Of a DNA stretch of 64,000 nt, positions 19,756 through 30,176 are shown in pieces. Under the pieces are notes generated by a model. That model was given only the letters and a program-made list of their open reading frames with translations. It was not told the origin of the DNA and did no database searches. The translations under genes were made by a program, and so were the position numbers. The number at the start of each line of letters is the position of its first letter. Positions within the stretch are counted from its first letter, which is position 1. This DNA is from an uncultured Nitrospiraceae bacterium (GTDB lineage: Bacteria; Nitrospirota; Thermodesulfovibrionia; Thermodesulfovibrionales; SM23-35), in assembly GCA_963727775.1 (NCBI GenBank), contig CAVSHB010000003.1, positions 526,002-590,001 on the forward strand, read 5' to 3'.

Positions 19756-20175
19756 TTGCAAAATGTTACCCCCTTCTATTTACAAGAGATAGTTGTGAGG
19801 GACTCCACACGCGTCTCTATATCCGAAGAAAAAAAAAATTTAAAAAATTATGGAAGGCGACTTGACATTCGTGTTCTCCCAAAAGATATATGGGTAAGGG
19901 GTAAGAAAGGAGGAGAACATGTTAACAGAAAACAAGCTTTTAACTATCTTGAGAGCCCCTACAAGAATCTTGATGAGGCAAAGCGTAAAAGGTTCCTGGT
20001 TATCCTTTTTAGAGCAGATGGCAAAGGAACCGAAGAGGACATCTCCAAAATCAAGATCGTAGGTGACGAGATTTTTTATGTCCAGGGCATTGAACCGAGG
20101 GAGGTAATGATAAAAACCATGATCAAAAAAGCCTGTAAGAAGGCAAAGGAGGAAAAGCAATATGATGACGTGTAG
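19756..20175 (+). CDS. Hypothetical protein
   Basis: Open frame overlapping the next gene; start uncertain. Confidence 0.45.
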   Translation: MQNVTPFYLQEIVVRDSTRVSISEEKKNLKNYGRRLDIRVLPKDIWVRGKKGGEHVNRKQAFNYLESPYKNLDEAKRKRFLVILFRADGKGTEEDISKIKIVGDEIFYVQGIEPREVMIKTMIKKACKKAKEEKQYDDV

Positions 20176-20578
20176 AAAAGCTGTTCAGGGATCTTTCTGG
20201 ATAGATGAGGAAATTACCGAGATATCCAAACCAGCGGTAGAGTTTTTGGGAATGGCAGGAAGGATGCTTTATACGAGCAAGAGCATGAGGAAGCCCACAA
20301 CCATATTCAATGCAAACATATTCAATAATCAGGCCAAGAAGATATGGTTCGGCGACTTAGAGATCGAAAGGGACAGAGAGGAATTATTGAAACTTTCTCT
20401 GAGGATAGGGCCTCTTTATATCCTTTATGAATCAGACGGAAGGTTTCTCGAACGGAAGCCATCGTCTGGCCTGATAAGAAGCAAAGCAGTAGTAATCGTC
20501 GAAAAAGGACAAATCCTGTGCACGAAGGATTTTGCCGAGAGAGTCCGCATACTAAAAGGAAGAATGGAAAATGGATAG
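20162..20578 (+). CDS. Hypothetical protein
   Basis: AGGAGG RBS; operon context. Confidence 0.6.
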   Translation: MMTCRKAVQGSFWIDEEITEISKPAVEFLGMAGRMLYTSKSMRKPTTIFNANIFNNQAKKIWFGDLEIERDREELLKLSLRIGPLYILYESDGRFLERKPSSGLIRSKAVVIVEKGQILCTKDFAERVRILKGRMENG

Positions 20579-20623
20579 GGATAATTTGGGAACTAATATT
20601 AACACCTTTTTTATGGAGGTATC

Positions 20624-21250
20624 ATGACAAAGAAAACCAAGACATATGTTCTCGATACAAGTGTCTTAATTAATGACCCGGATGTCTTTTACAAACTCGG
20701 AGACAGTCAGATAGTCATTCCGACGGCGGTCATCAAAGAGATAGACGGACTTAAAAGGAACCCCGACCCGGAGGAACCAAGGGCAAAGGCTGCGAGAAAG
20801 GTGTCCAGAATGCTTGACCGGCTCGGCAGTAGTCAGGATATCTCGACCGGGGCTAAAACCTATGCGGGATCCACTGTGAGAATAAGCACCAAATACCAGG
20901 TTATCGATGACCTTGCGAGCAATGCCGACAACAGGATAGTGGGCACGGCGATAAGACTGAAAGAAGAGACACAGTCCAATTTAATCCTCGTCAGTACCGA
21001 CGGCAATATGCGGAGTGTGACAAGATCATACGGGATTAAAGCGGAAAACTATCCGTTCTACCTCGGCGATGCATTCGACAGATCAAAAGCAAGCCTTCTT
21101 GAACAGCAAACTTCTTCGCTTGACTTATATCCGTTCTACCCGTCGAGGCATAAAATGAAACGCCTTAATAGAAGATTGACCTTTAAACAAAAGGCCAGAT
21201 TCGCGGTAGCACTGGCCATCATTATCGTTCTGTTCACTATAGTTCGATAG
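20624..21250 (+). CDS. PIN-domain protein (PhoH2-type PIN) with C-terminal hydrophobic anchor
   Basis: YVLDTSVL, VIKEIDGLK, ADNRI and LVSTDGNMR motifs. Confidence 0.82.
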   Translation: MTKKTKTYVLDTSVLINDPDVFYKLGDSQIVIPTAVIKEIDGLKRNPDPEEPRAKAARKVSRMLDRLGSSQDISTGAKTYAGSTVRISTKYQVIDDLASNADNRIVGTAIRLKEETQSNLILVSTDGNMRSVTRSYGIKAENYPFYLGDAFDRSKASLLEQQTSSLDLYPFYPSRHKMKRLNRRLTFKQKARFAVALAIIIVLFTIVR

Positions 21251-21671
21251 GAATATGACAGATCACCTATTGATCTCGGGTTGGATTATAGAGCTTGGGA
21301 GTGGAACATGGGAATTTTGTTGGGAAATATTAAAAAGAATAAGTAGGATCATCGATCGATCCGAACGCAGCCATCAGAAGGTAGGTAATCATGAAGATTA
21401 ATAGATTTTTCCTTTATATAGTTCTGAGTATAGTCTTGATATGTGCGGGCGCCGCGCTTGGTGGACAGCGCGGCGTACTGATGGGAGTGATCGCATCCGT
21501 TGTGCTTGCAGTGATTATGAAAAAGCAGAAGCCTCAATATAAGGAGGTGAGAATGACCGATGAAAGGACCAGATGCCCCTATTGCGCGGAAGAAATACTT
21601 GCAACGGCCAGGAAGTGCAAACATTGCGGCGAGTGGATCGGGAAAGCGGGGGGAAATAGCTCCAGTGCGGC

Positions 21672-22889
21672 TAGTGTCACGACAACCTTGTAATGTCGTA
21701 CAGAATGTGGTATATTTTCTTCATAATCAACATAGGAGGATTGGCTATGAAGAAATACATCGTGACACTTGCCGAAGACGAACGCGAAGCTCTTGGTGAA
21801 CTCACTTCCAAGGGCAAGCACAAATCACAAAAAATCCTCGACGCGCTGATTCTGCTTGGGTGCGATGAGGGCGGGTTCCAGACAAAACGTTCGACTAACG
21901 AAGAAATAGCGCGCGTGTTGAATACAAGCATGAGAAAAATTGACCGTGTCAAGAAGCGATTTGTCGAGGAAGGTCTTGATGTTGCTCTTAATGGCAGAAA
22001 AGGAAGCCGCATCTATGCTAAAAAGGCAGACGGAGATTTCGAAGCCCATTTGATTGCATTGAGTTGCAGTGAGCCACCCGAGGGTTTCGCGCGGTGGTCT
22101 CTGAGGTTATTAGCCGACAAGGTTGTCGAGCTTGACTACATAGGCAGCATCTCTCATGAGGCGGTACGCCGCATTTTAAAAAAAATGAAATCAAACCTTG
22201 GCAACACAAGGGGTGGGTAATTCCACCGGAGCAAACCGGCAGCTTTGTTGCGAACATGGAAATGGTGCTGGACGTTTACAAGCGTCCCATCGATCCAATT
22301 TATCCAGTTGTATGCATGGACGAATCTCCAAAGCAGTTGATCGCGGAGACAAAGGTCCCAATCCCTGCATCACCAGGGGAGGTGGCCAAACACGACTATG
22401 AATACAGGCGTTGCGGCGTATGCAATATTTTCCTTGCCTGTGAGCCATTGGCAGGAAAACGCATGGTCAAAATCACAGAAAGAAAAACCAAGGTGGACTG
22501 GGCTTGTTTTATACAAGAGATCGCCGGTCAATACGAAAGTGCAGAAAGGATAACGTTGGTGATGGATAACCTGAACACACACAACCCTGGATCGCTCTAT
22601 GAAGTGTTTGCGCCAGATAAGGCAAAGGCGTTGTGGGACAGGTTTGAGTTTGTGTATACCCCGAAGCACGGAAGCTGGTTGAATATGGCCGAGATAGAAT
22701 TGAACGTGCTTACGGGCCAGTGCCTGAACAGAAGAATCGACGATATCAAAATTGTTAGTAAAGAGGCAGTGGCATGGCAGAAATTCAGAAACAACAAAAA
22801 TGCGAAGATTAATTGGCAATTCACTGCCGAGGATGCCAGGATAAAACTATCTCGTCTCTATCCGACGCTTGAGAGTTGACGAGACACTA
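21672..22889 (+). mobile_element. IS630-family insertion sequence
   Basis: IRs TAGTGTCACGACAAC / GTTGACGAGACACTA; inserted at CTAG with TA duplication. Confidence 0.92.
21747..22879 (+). CDS. IS630 transposase, two frames joined by a -1 frameshift
   Basis: orfA HTH (RWSLRLLA), slippery TTTTAAAAAAAA near 22174-22185, orfB DDE (CMDES, MDNLNTH, SWLNMAEIE). Confidence 0.9.
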
Positions 22890-23448
22890 GAGCCGTAAGT
22901 AAGGGCATGAAAGACACGGGCTATAGTTGGATGGTGTTCAAGTTCAAGTTTTGGTGCCTGCTCGCCGCATTGTGGGCTCTCATTTATGAGATAAATGAAA
23001 CATTCATAAAGTTCGGTATAAGACTCGCAGACGGCAAGCACGATACAGTAATCGCCTGCATATTTATAGTGGTAGGTATTTTGGGACTCGTAGTGTTATC
23101 ACGTATTGCCGGGCAGTATTACGACGAGTAACAGTCCAATAAAATGTGTTTCGGCGACTTATCGACGAAAGAGACGGGGAGACGATCCGAGCAGTGGAAA
23201 TAGAAGATCAATTTCCCAAAATATGACATGTGGCCCATAGTGATAAAACCGCATATCGCTGCTATCAATCACTTTCCTAAAATGGTATATTTCTACCAGC
23301 AGAGACATCCCTTTACTACGTGATACACCCTGCGGTCCCTGTCGCAGGTCCATTGAAAGCGACCCACAGGGTCAAAGCCCTGTGGTGTCGCAATGAAGTT
23401 ATGTACGTATTATCCCAGAGTTTTGTAGTAGACAGCCTTGCTTCAGTT

Positions 23449-24531
23449 TCATGGAACAACAGTGGCAATCCCGCCTTCCTCTACCATAAGCCACTTGGTT
23501 TCCAGAAAACCTTTCTCACAGAAATTATATGTTGTAGTAAAAAAGACTCTATAATAGAGCTTGTGTATTTCCTCTTTCCTTTCAGCATCGTCAACTTTTT
23601 CTTTTTGGGCCTCGATATACTTGGTGAAACCGGCACGCAGGACGTCAATCCTTGCCGAATCAGGACAGATGATCATCGAAAGCCATTTGTTTGAATCATA
23701 AAGCGCACGCGCCTTTGCGGCAACAATATGTGGCTTCGTTTGCCCGTTGTCCAGTGTAACAGCCATATTTTTTATCCGCACTTCTTTCCCCGCGTTATAG
23801 GTAAGTCCCACATATAGGTCAGGGTAATGCATGTTTTTGGATCCTTGAGATTCTTCCATCAGGTAATTTCTGTCTTTCATATCGTATTCATAGATTAGCC
23901 TTCCTGCCTCGCGCTTGATGGTCTTTACAATAGAAACGACCTGTAACTCATGTGATAAAGTGTCCTTGCTGGGAAGAACATTCCTTATGTGTTCGGGATT
24001 AAATCCGTGTTTTTCTGCGAGTATTTGGATCGCACGGGGAGCAAGTACGTACAGGGCTCCCATCCCGTTGTCTTTGCTGCGTGGATAAATGCGGGATATG
24101 ATATAGCCTCCTCTCTTCAGTTTGGAGAGTCTTCCTATCAGCGCGCCATCCGACATATTTCTGCTGTAGCCTGTCTCTTTATCGTCGTAAGTTCCTTCCT
24201 CCCGTGATGGGAATTGCTTAAGATCATTCCTGATCTGGTCCCGCGCCGCTGGCCCGCTCGCCAGCGTGCGAAATATGTCAATATCCCTGGAAGTAGCAAA
24301 AGTTAATATCCTTTTCTTTTTTTTCTTCTTCCTTTTAGCAGGGATGTCAGTTAGCTCCGCCATCCTGGAAGCTATAACTTCGTCACTCGCGCCGATTTCG
24401 AACAAAATGTCACTGGTCGGGTCGGTCACCTTTCTGACAGTCTCTTTAATACCAACTCCTCCATTGTCCTTTGATGCATTCTCAAGAAAATCCCGCGTGC
24501 TGAAGTCTTCGTCTACTTTTTTAGTCGTCAT
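23449..24531 (-). CDS. Replic_Relax-like protein, paralogue of 15319-16059
   Basis: TSRDIDIF..RLSKL..GYIISR..HELQV..YPDL..VTLDNG; RBS before the ATG at 24531. Confidence 0.65.
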   Translation of the reverse strand: MTTKKVDEDFSTRDFLENASKDNGGVGIKETVRKVTDPTSDILFEIGASDEVIASRMAELTDIPAKRKKKKKKRILTFATSRDIDIFRTLASGPAARDQIRNDLKQFPSREEGTYDDKETGYSRNMSDGALIGRLSKLKRGGYIISRIYPRSKDNGMGALYVLAPRAIQILAEKHGFNPEHIRNVLPSKDTLSHELQVVSIVKTIKREAGRLIYEYDMKDRNYLMEESQGSKNMHYPDLYVGLTYNAGKEVRIKNMAVTLDNGQTKPHIVAAKARALYDSNKWLSMIICPDSARIDVLRAGFTKYIEAQKEKVDDAERKEEIHKLYYRVFFTTTYNFCEKGFLETKWLMVEEGGIATVVP

Positions 24532-24928
24532 TTTTGACTCTCCTTTCGTATCAAAATATATATAAATATTACAAACGGCCTTGAACTGAATTGACTCCCT
24601 TATTTTTTGCTGCACAGTGCCGCGCCGTTTTCGTTTTTTCTACCACCCCGTTACTGCACACCGTATCTGCTTTTTTGGTCAATGCCACAATTTAGAGTTT
24701 TTATTTTGAAAATCACGATTATTTCTGTGTGAGAAGGGATTCTGCGCTGTCCACATGATAATCCTCACCTCGAGCATATGGCCGACTGTGTTGGTAGAAC
24801 TGTTGCAAAAGCCAGTGCTGTTATCGCCTACATCGATAGCAGTAATAAGGCGGATATAAATAACCTTTTAATGGGTTCAACCAAACAAAGTCAGGATATT
24901 TTTGCATGCGGATTGGTAGAATATTTTT

Positions 24929-25408
24929 GTGAACCATGGTGTGAGGAAAATCATCTCCGGCGGTCAGACCGGTGCCGATAGAGCAGGCCTTGATGCGGCG
25001 ATAGACCTGGAGATAGATTATGGAGGGTCAATTACCAAAGGGAGAAGAACCGAGGACGGCACACTCCCTGAAAGGTACGATAAGATTACAGAACTGGAGA
25101 CCACAAGTTACCCGGCAAGGACGGAGAAAAACGTGGTGGATTCCGATGCCACGGTTATATTTACCTATACTGAGATAGGAGCCGGGTCTGCCCTTACCGT
25201 AGAATTGGCCAAGAACCACAATAAACCACATCTGCATATCAATCTTGAAAATATGAGAAACGGTGACGCCATTAAAGATGTCTCCGAGTGGCTTGATAAA
25301 GTAAAGCCGACAGTTCTGAATGTCGCCGGATCACGAGAATCCGGGGCGAATGGCATATACAACCGGGTTTATGGCATCCTGAAGGCAGTACTGAAAGATG
25401 ATGCATAA
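24929..25408 (+). CDS. SLOG-superfamily protein (putative molybdenum carrier / YpsA-like)
   Basis: KIISGGQTGADRAGLDAA, RTEKNV.DSDAT and LNVAGSRES motifs. Confidence 0.85.
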   Translation: MNHGVRKIISGGQTGADRAGLDAAIDLEIDYGGSITKGRRTEDGTLPERYDKITELETTSYPARTEKNVVDSDATVIFTYTEIGAGSALTVELAKNHNKPHLHINLENMRNGDAIKDVSEWLDKVKPTVLNVAGSRESGANGIYNRVYGILKAVLKDDA

Positions 25409-25585
25409 GGAAGAGTTCATTGCCCTCGTATGGCGGCTTGAGGAAATGCCGAGTCACACAGGTTATTGAAGTAGTATCCGGAAACAACAAAGTTTCGCTT
25501 AGACAATAAAGTTTCAACATTTGCGGATGTACATGTTGACAAACATGTTCCTTAGTGACTACAATAGCTACATAGGAGGTTTATT

Positions 25586-25870
25586 ATGATAACAGCTGGA
25601 ATTCGTGATCTGAAAAATCAATTACCTAAATATATCGAACTAGTCAAAAAAGGTGGGACGGTAATCGTCACCGACCGCGGGAAGCCCGTGGCTATTCTGC
25701 ATGACCTTTCCAACATCGAGGTTAACGCTGGGCAAGACGAGGTTCTTGCATCATTGGCTGCCGACGGCAAGGTGAGACTCCCTATGAGACCGGGTGGTAT
25801 CAGGAAATTCAAGGGCACAGTGATAAAAGGGAAGTCCATTTCTGAAACTATCGTTGAGGATCGCCGATGA
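25586..25870 (+). CDS. Phd/YefM antitoxin
   Basis: GIRDLKNQL..G.TVIVTDRGKPVA motif. Confidence 0.9.
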   Translation: MITAGIRDLKNQLPKYIELVKKGGTVIVTDRGKPVAILHDLSNIEVNAGQDEVLASLAADGKVRLPMRPGGIRKFKGTVIKGKSISETIVEDRR

Positions 25871-26301
25871 TATATTTTGACACAAGCGCTTTGGCAAAGA
25901 AATATTTCATAAATGAGAAGGGGCATGGTAAGATTCTTAAAATTCTGAAAGCAAATCCCCATAAGCTATTCTCATCTGCCCTGACTTACATTGAAGCACT
26001 TTCGGCACTTACCCGACGGAAACATGAGATCCGGGATTACGATGAAGCGATTATCACACTCAAAGATGACTGGGATGCATTCAGTGTGTGGGCTATCAGC
26101 GATGAAATCTTAACTTCAGCCGCAGGCCTGATAACGCGTCACCGTCTACGGTCTGCTGATGCAATCCACTTGGCTACCGCCCTCAGTATCAGGCAACATA
26201 TGAAGGAAACGCCTCTTTTTGTTTGCAACGACGCCGACCTCGGACAAGCTGCTGAGAAAGAAGGGCTTTCGGTTATTGATCCCGCAGTAGAAGAAAAATA
26301 G
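25867..26301 (+). CDS. vapC: VapC PIN toxin
   Basis: YFDTSAL, LRSADAIHLATA and CND motifs; ATGA overlap with the antitoxin. Confidence 0.9.
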   Translation: MIYFDTSALAKKYFINEKGHGKILKILKANPHKLFSSALTYIEALSALTRRKHEIRDYDEAIITLKDDWDAFSVWAISDEILTSAAGLITRHRLRSADAIHLATALSIRQHMKETPLFVCNDADLGQAAEKEGLSVIDPAVEEK

Positions 26302-26672
26302 CTTCACCTTTAGATTCAATCCACGGGCTGACAGCTCCCCTCAAAAAGTAAGAACTTTGACGTCATGGGCTTTTTGTTCGAAGTATATAAATCAACAGGT
26401 TAGGTTGTCCCTTTGTCGCGACTTTATTGTCTGCGGATAAGTAGTCAGATCGGCAACTGTAGCGGCCAGTGCGAGGTCTCCGGTCCAGGTTATTCGCGAT
26501 GAAGGATTTCTGGGTCTTCTCGAAGTACGTCGTTATCGCGAACACACACGGGGAGGGGACTATGTTTAGAGAACTCGTAGACTTCGATATGAAACTTCTT
26601 TCATTATTTACAAGAATTGTCTTTGCCCGCCCGTTGACTACAATGATAATATAAGTTATCATTGTAATAATC

Positions 26673-26957
26673 ATGAATGCTTTATACAAGCTAGCGTTCA
26701 GGAAATTTGTGAAGAAACAGAAGAGGGCTTTTCAACTTGCCATTGAAGATGAGATTTATGAGGTTATTAAGACCCCCCGATCTGGTGAGCAAAAGAAAGG
26801 TGATCTGGCGGGCTTAAGAGTTCATAAGTTCAAATTTCATGGGCAGGAATACCTTGTGGCATATTCAATCGAGGCACGAGACGTGGTGTTTTATATGATA
26901 GGTACTCACGAGAACTTTTACAGGGAGCTGAAGAGCTATCTGAAGGAGGAGGATTAG
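26673..26957 (+). CDS. RelE/ParE-family toxin
   Basis: GEQKKGDLAGLRVHKF..IGTHENFY motif. Confidence 0.85.
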   Translation: MNALYKLAFRKFVKKQKRAFQLAIEDEIYEVIKTPRSGEQKKGDLAGLRVHKFKFHGQEYLVAYSIEARDVVFYMIGTHENFYRELKSYLKEED

Positions 26958-26959
26958 AC

Positions 26960-27256
26960 ATGATAACAGCAGAGAAAGTTTACAAAGAAATCCTCGAAAT
27001 GCCTTTAAAGGAAAGGGAGAGGCTTTTTACAGTAATTGCACGGCAGGGCTTTGAGAAGGATACTTACACTCACGCAGAAGTGTTTGAAGACCTCAATGAG
27101 CCCTTTACGATAAAGGAGGCCGCTGAGTATTTCGACGTTGCGGAAATCACAGTCAGACGATGGGTAAAGGAAGGATCCCTTAAGTCGCGGAGGATAGGCA
27201 GGAGTATAGTGCTTAATCCCGACGATCTAAGGGATTTCAAGAGGTCAAGGAACTAA
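26960..27256 (+). CDS. Putative antitoxin with excisionase-type HTH
   Basis: FTIKEAAEYF.V..TVRRW motif; 2 bp after the toxin. Confidence 0.7.
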   Translation: MITAEKVYKEILEMPLKERERLFTVIARQGFEKDTYTHAEVFEDLNEPFTIKEAAEYFDVAEITVRRWVKEGSLKSRRIGRSIVLNPDDLRDFKRSRN

Positions 27257-27747
27257 ATTTCTCCGGGTCATCATATCCGAATAGCCAGTGATCTTTTGGC
27301 ACTCTTGCGTATTCCGGTTATTCCGTCGGGTCGTTTCAAACGGGCCGCTCGTACAGGGGCGTTCTGAATTGACCAGGATTATTTGATTACGACGCTCTCA
27401 TACGTGCAATATTATTGCGCCCTCCACCTGAAATCCCTCAGTGCGGACTTCTCGCCGAACGTGTTGAATTCCGAAAATAACTACCATCCTTTAGAGTTCA
27501 GTCCGTTTCTCGCTATCTTCCTGTAATTGACGGTGAAACCCTTAAAATAATGTAGACTTCATTAATCTCCATACCCCGCCGTCTCTGCGGCGGGCACCTT
27601 ACGTCGTCGGGGTGCAGGGCGTCGGAGCGAAGCGCAGACCCTTGCCGACCCACGGGGTCTAATACCCCGTGGTGTCGTGCCGAGCAAAGCGAGGTTTAGT
27701 TATTCAGAAATCAATACCGAGTAAATTGCGGTAAAAGAAAGAGTCGA

Positions 27748-28389
27748 ATGACCGATAAAGATAAATGGTTTAATCTCTGGCAGCCCCTTCTTATCGCGAT
27801 TACTGTAGCGGTTATCTCCGGTGTCGTGACTCATTTTATTTCGAAGGACCAGTGGCAATGGCAATTAAACGAAAAGTCCCTTGAAAACCGCTACGAGCTA
27901 CTTAAAGAAACCGCGTCTATATGTTCAAAATACCAAGAGGCGAGGGAAGGCGCGATCAGGTACGCAATTATATTCAAAGTCATGACTCAGGATATCCCTA
28001 AAACAGATACGGAGAAACTGCTGCAGATTGAGAAAAAGATGAATGATTTATATCCAGAAGTATATTCGTCGTATCTTGAAGCTAGCAAAATATTTCCGGA
28101 AATAAAGAGTCAGGTCGAAATAGTGAGAACCTTCTTTGGGCCGAAGACGAACGCAGCGTTAGCGAGGTATGTCAAGGTTACAAGTAAAATGCCGGATGAA
28201 TATTTAGACGAATACATTAAACAGCGAGGAGCTCATCTAAAAAAAGATAAAATCGAATTTGAAATGAAAGAGATTATCAGCAAGGTCGAAGAAGCGATGG
28301 ATGCAGCTCTATCTGAACTTCTCGCCTCCATGAGGGAAGAATTAGGTGTGCGCGAGAGCAAACCATGGTGCCGGATCATCCGAGCTTAA
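27748..28389 (+). CDS. Hypothetical protein with N-terminal TM helix
   Basis: 213-aa ORF, hydrophobic N-terminus, helical remainder. Confidence 0.6.
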   Translation: MTDKDKWFNLWQPLLIAITVAVISGVVTHFISKDQWQWQLNEKSLENRYELLKETASICSKYQEAREGAIRYAIIFKVMTQDIPKTDTEKLLQIEKKMNDLYPEVYSSYLEASKIFPEIKSQVEIVRTFFGPKTNAALARYVKVTSKMPDEYLDEYIKQRGAHLKKDKIEFEMKEIISKVEEAMDAALSELLASMREELGVRESKPWCRIIRA

Positions 28390-28626
28390 TAGACATTTCT
28401 CCCGTAATCTTTCAGACATTGCGTTTGGTTCTGCCGTAAATCTTCAGTCGCGATCCTTGCTTGATTTTGCGGTGTTGTCGGGTAGAAGTCACCGGCTCAA
28501 TAACTTCCGTAACACGCATAGGCGATTCGCTTATCATCATGGCAGATTTACTCCGGACTCGGTAATTGAATGTACTGTCCAGAGTGTGTTAGGGTAGTTC
28601 GAACGAATTGGAGAAAACTCCTTAAC

Positions 28627-29775
28627 ATGAGATATTTTTCAACGGATGAGTCGATTATAGAACGGGAAATGTCAGTGCTCGCGCTGATTGAAACAGTTCT
28701 CGCAATGTCATTTTCGATCTTTATTGCCATCAAGTATAGAGTCGTGGCTCATATTGTGTTTGGTATATCTATTGCTCCTTTTTTACTACTAAGAACTGAC
28801 ATGTCTACAAAGTTAGGAGTTTCTTGGTTCAAAAAAATGTTTTCTTTTGAGAACAAAATAATCAATAAAATACCTGTAAAGGGCACCAATTTATTTTCAG
28901 GTATCATACTATTTCTTTTAATACTTATCTTGGCTGCTGTATCTGCTTTGTTTGTTAGAGTGGTGGCAACGATTGTTACTCTGCTGAAATATCCCGTAGA
29001 AAGTATCACTTCTATTCCTTTAAATTGGTTCACCATAGCACTGGTTATGGACATGAAACATCCGCCTGAATTGTTACCGGGCCTTAATAGATATGGGGAT
29101 GATGCTGAATTGCGTTTTGTAACATGGCCATGGTTTTCTGGGTTATTCAAGGAAATCCTCAAGGGTCCGCCTGACAACAGAGAAACAGCTATAAGAGAAA
29201 CAATTCAATTATCTTTTGTGTCTTTTTTGTTTTACGGTTTTCTATATTTTCCCGCTCTTATTTACCGTTTTTCACTTAAAGCCACTTCGCTGATTTATTT
29301 ACCTTTTATTTGGATCATTGGCACCGGAAAGTCTAAAGACAATAATTTGAAATTAGTTTTGGATGATATTATGAAATCTCAGGTGGAGCGAATTAAACGT
29401 CTTTATGCAGTTTTCGTAATAATATTTCTAACTATAATTCCCTTCACGACATCTTTTTATTGGGAAAAAATAAGCGCTAACTGGCAAGGAAAATCTTTTA
29501 TAAAATATTTTTTCCTCATAGACGAAATCGACAGTTGGCATATAACAAGATTCGGTAGTTGCATTATTACATTTCTATTATTTTATTTTGCTGATAAGAT
29601 TAGTATCCGCGTTAATCACTATAATATTTCACGAAGTGAAATAATTAAACTTTTTTTCAGTATGGGATTCCGTATTCGTACTATAATGACCTTGTGGACA
29701 ATAGGCTGTGGGATACATATATTATACTCGTCAGTAGATTGGTCAACATTCCCTAAGATAAGATGGCTTCCTTAA
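28627..29775 (+). CDS. Multi-pass membrane protein of unknown function
   Basis: Many hydrophobic segments, AT-rich; start uncertain. Confidence 0.65.
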   Translation: MRYFSTDESIIEREMSVLALIETVLAMSFSIFIAIKYRVVAHIVFGISIAPFLLLRTDMSTKLGVSWFKKMFSFENKIINKIPVKGTNLFSGIILFLLILILAAVSALFVRVVATIVTLLKYPVESITSIPLNWFTIALVMDMKHPPELLPGLNRYGDDAELRFVTWPWFSGLFKEILKGPPDNRETAIRETIQLSFVSFLFYGFLYFPALIYRFSLKATSLIYLPFIWIIGTGKSKDNNLKLVLDDIMKSQVERIKRLYAVFVIIFLTIIPFTTSFYWEKISANWQGKSFIKYFFLIDEIDSWHITRFGSCIITFLLFYFADKISIRVNHYNISRSEIIKLFFSMGFRIRTIMTLWTIGCGIHILYSSVDWSTFPKIRWLP

Positions 29776-30176
29776 AAGTAATGGAAAAATGAGAAGCGGT
29801 ACTAAGATGGATAAGACAGCATTACAACGTAAAGTTGTCAACTTTGGCAATGGCTAGCCTGTCCTGGGCAGGCTCTTGCGACTGATCTGCCCTATCGAGA
29901 GTATGCATAGTATATTTCGGAATCAATGCGAAGGTTGATGATCTATGAGGATAAGTTGATGGCTAATTCTTATGAATATAAACCGATCAAATTCTGCGCT
30001 ACGCATATCGGGTTCAAACCTTCATTCTTCGCTTTAAATTAGAGTTACCAATACTTACGAATTCGGCTGTAACGAATGTCATGCTGAAATCACAATCCCG
30101 GCAAAACATTAGCTTATTATGATAATATTCCTGCAGATGAATGGAGACTCTGCAATCATTTGGGCAGCTTAATCTT

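Larger units (their letters stand above)
21391..23131 (+). pseudogene. Zinc-ribbon membrane protein split by IS630
   Basis: CPYCAEEI..ARKCKHCGE motif. Removing the IS joins ..SSAA-RAVSKG-MKDTGYSW.. in frame with the ORF at 22907-23131. Confidence 0.82.

Noticed and set aside
24929..25408. Role in molybdenum cofactor metabolism
   Set aside because: The family name is historical and no Moco genes are nearby; only the SLOG fold is supported.
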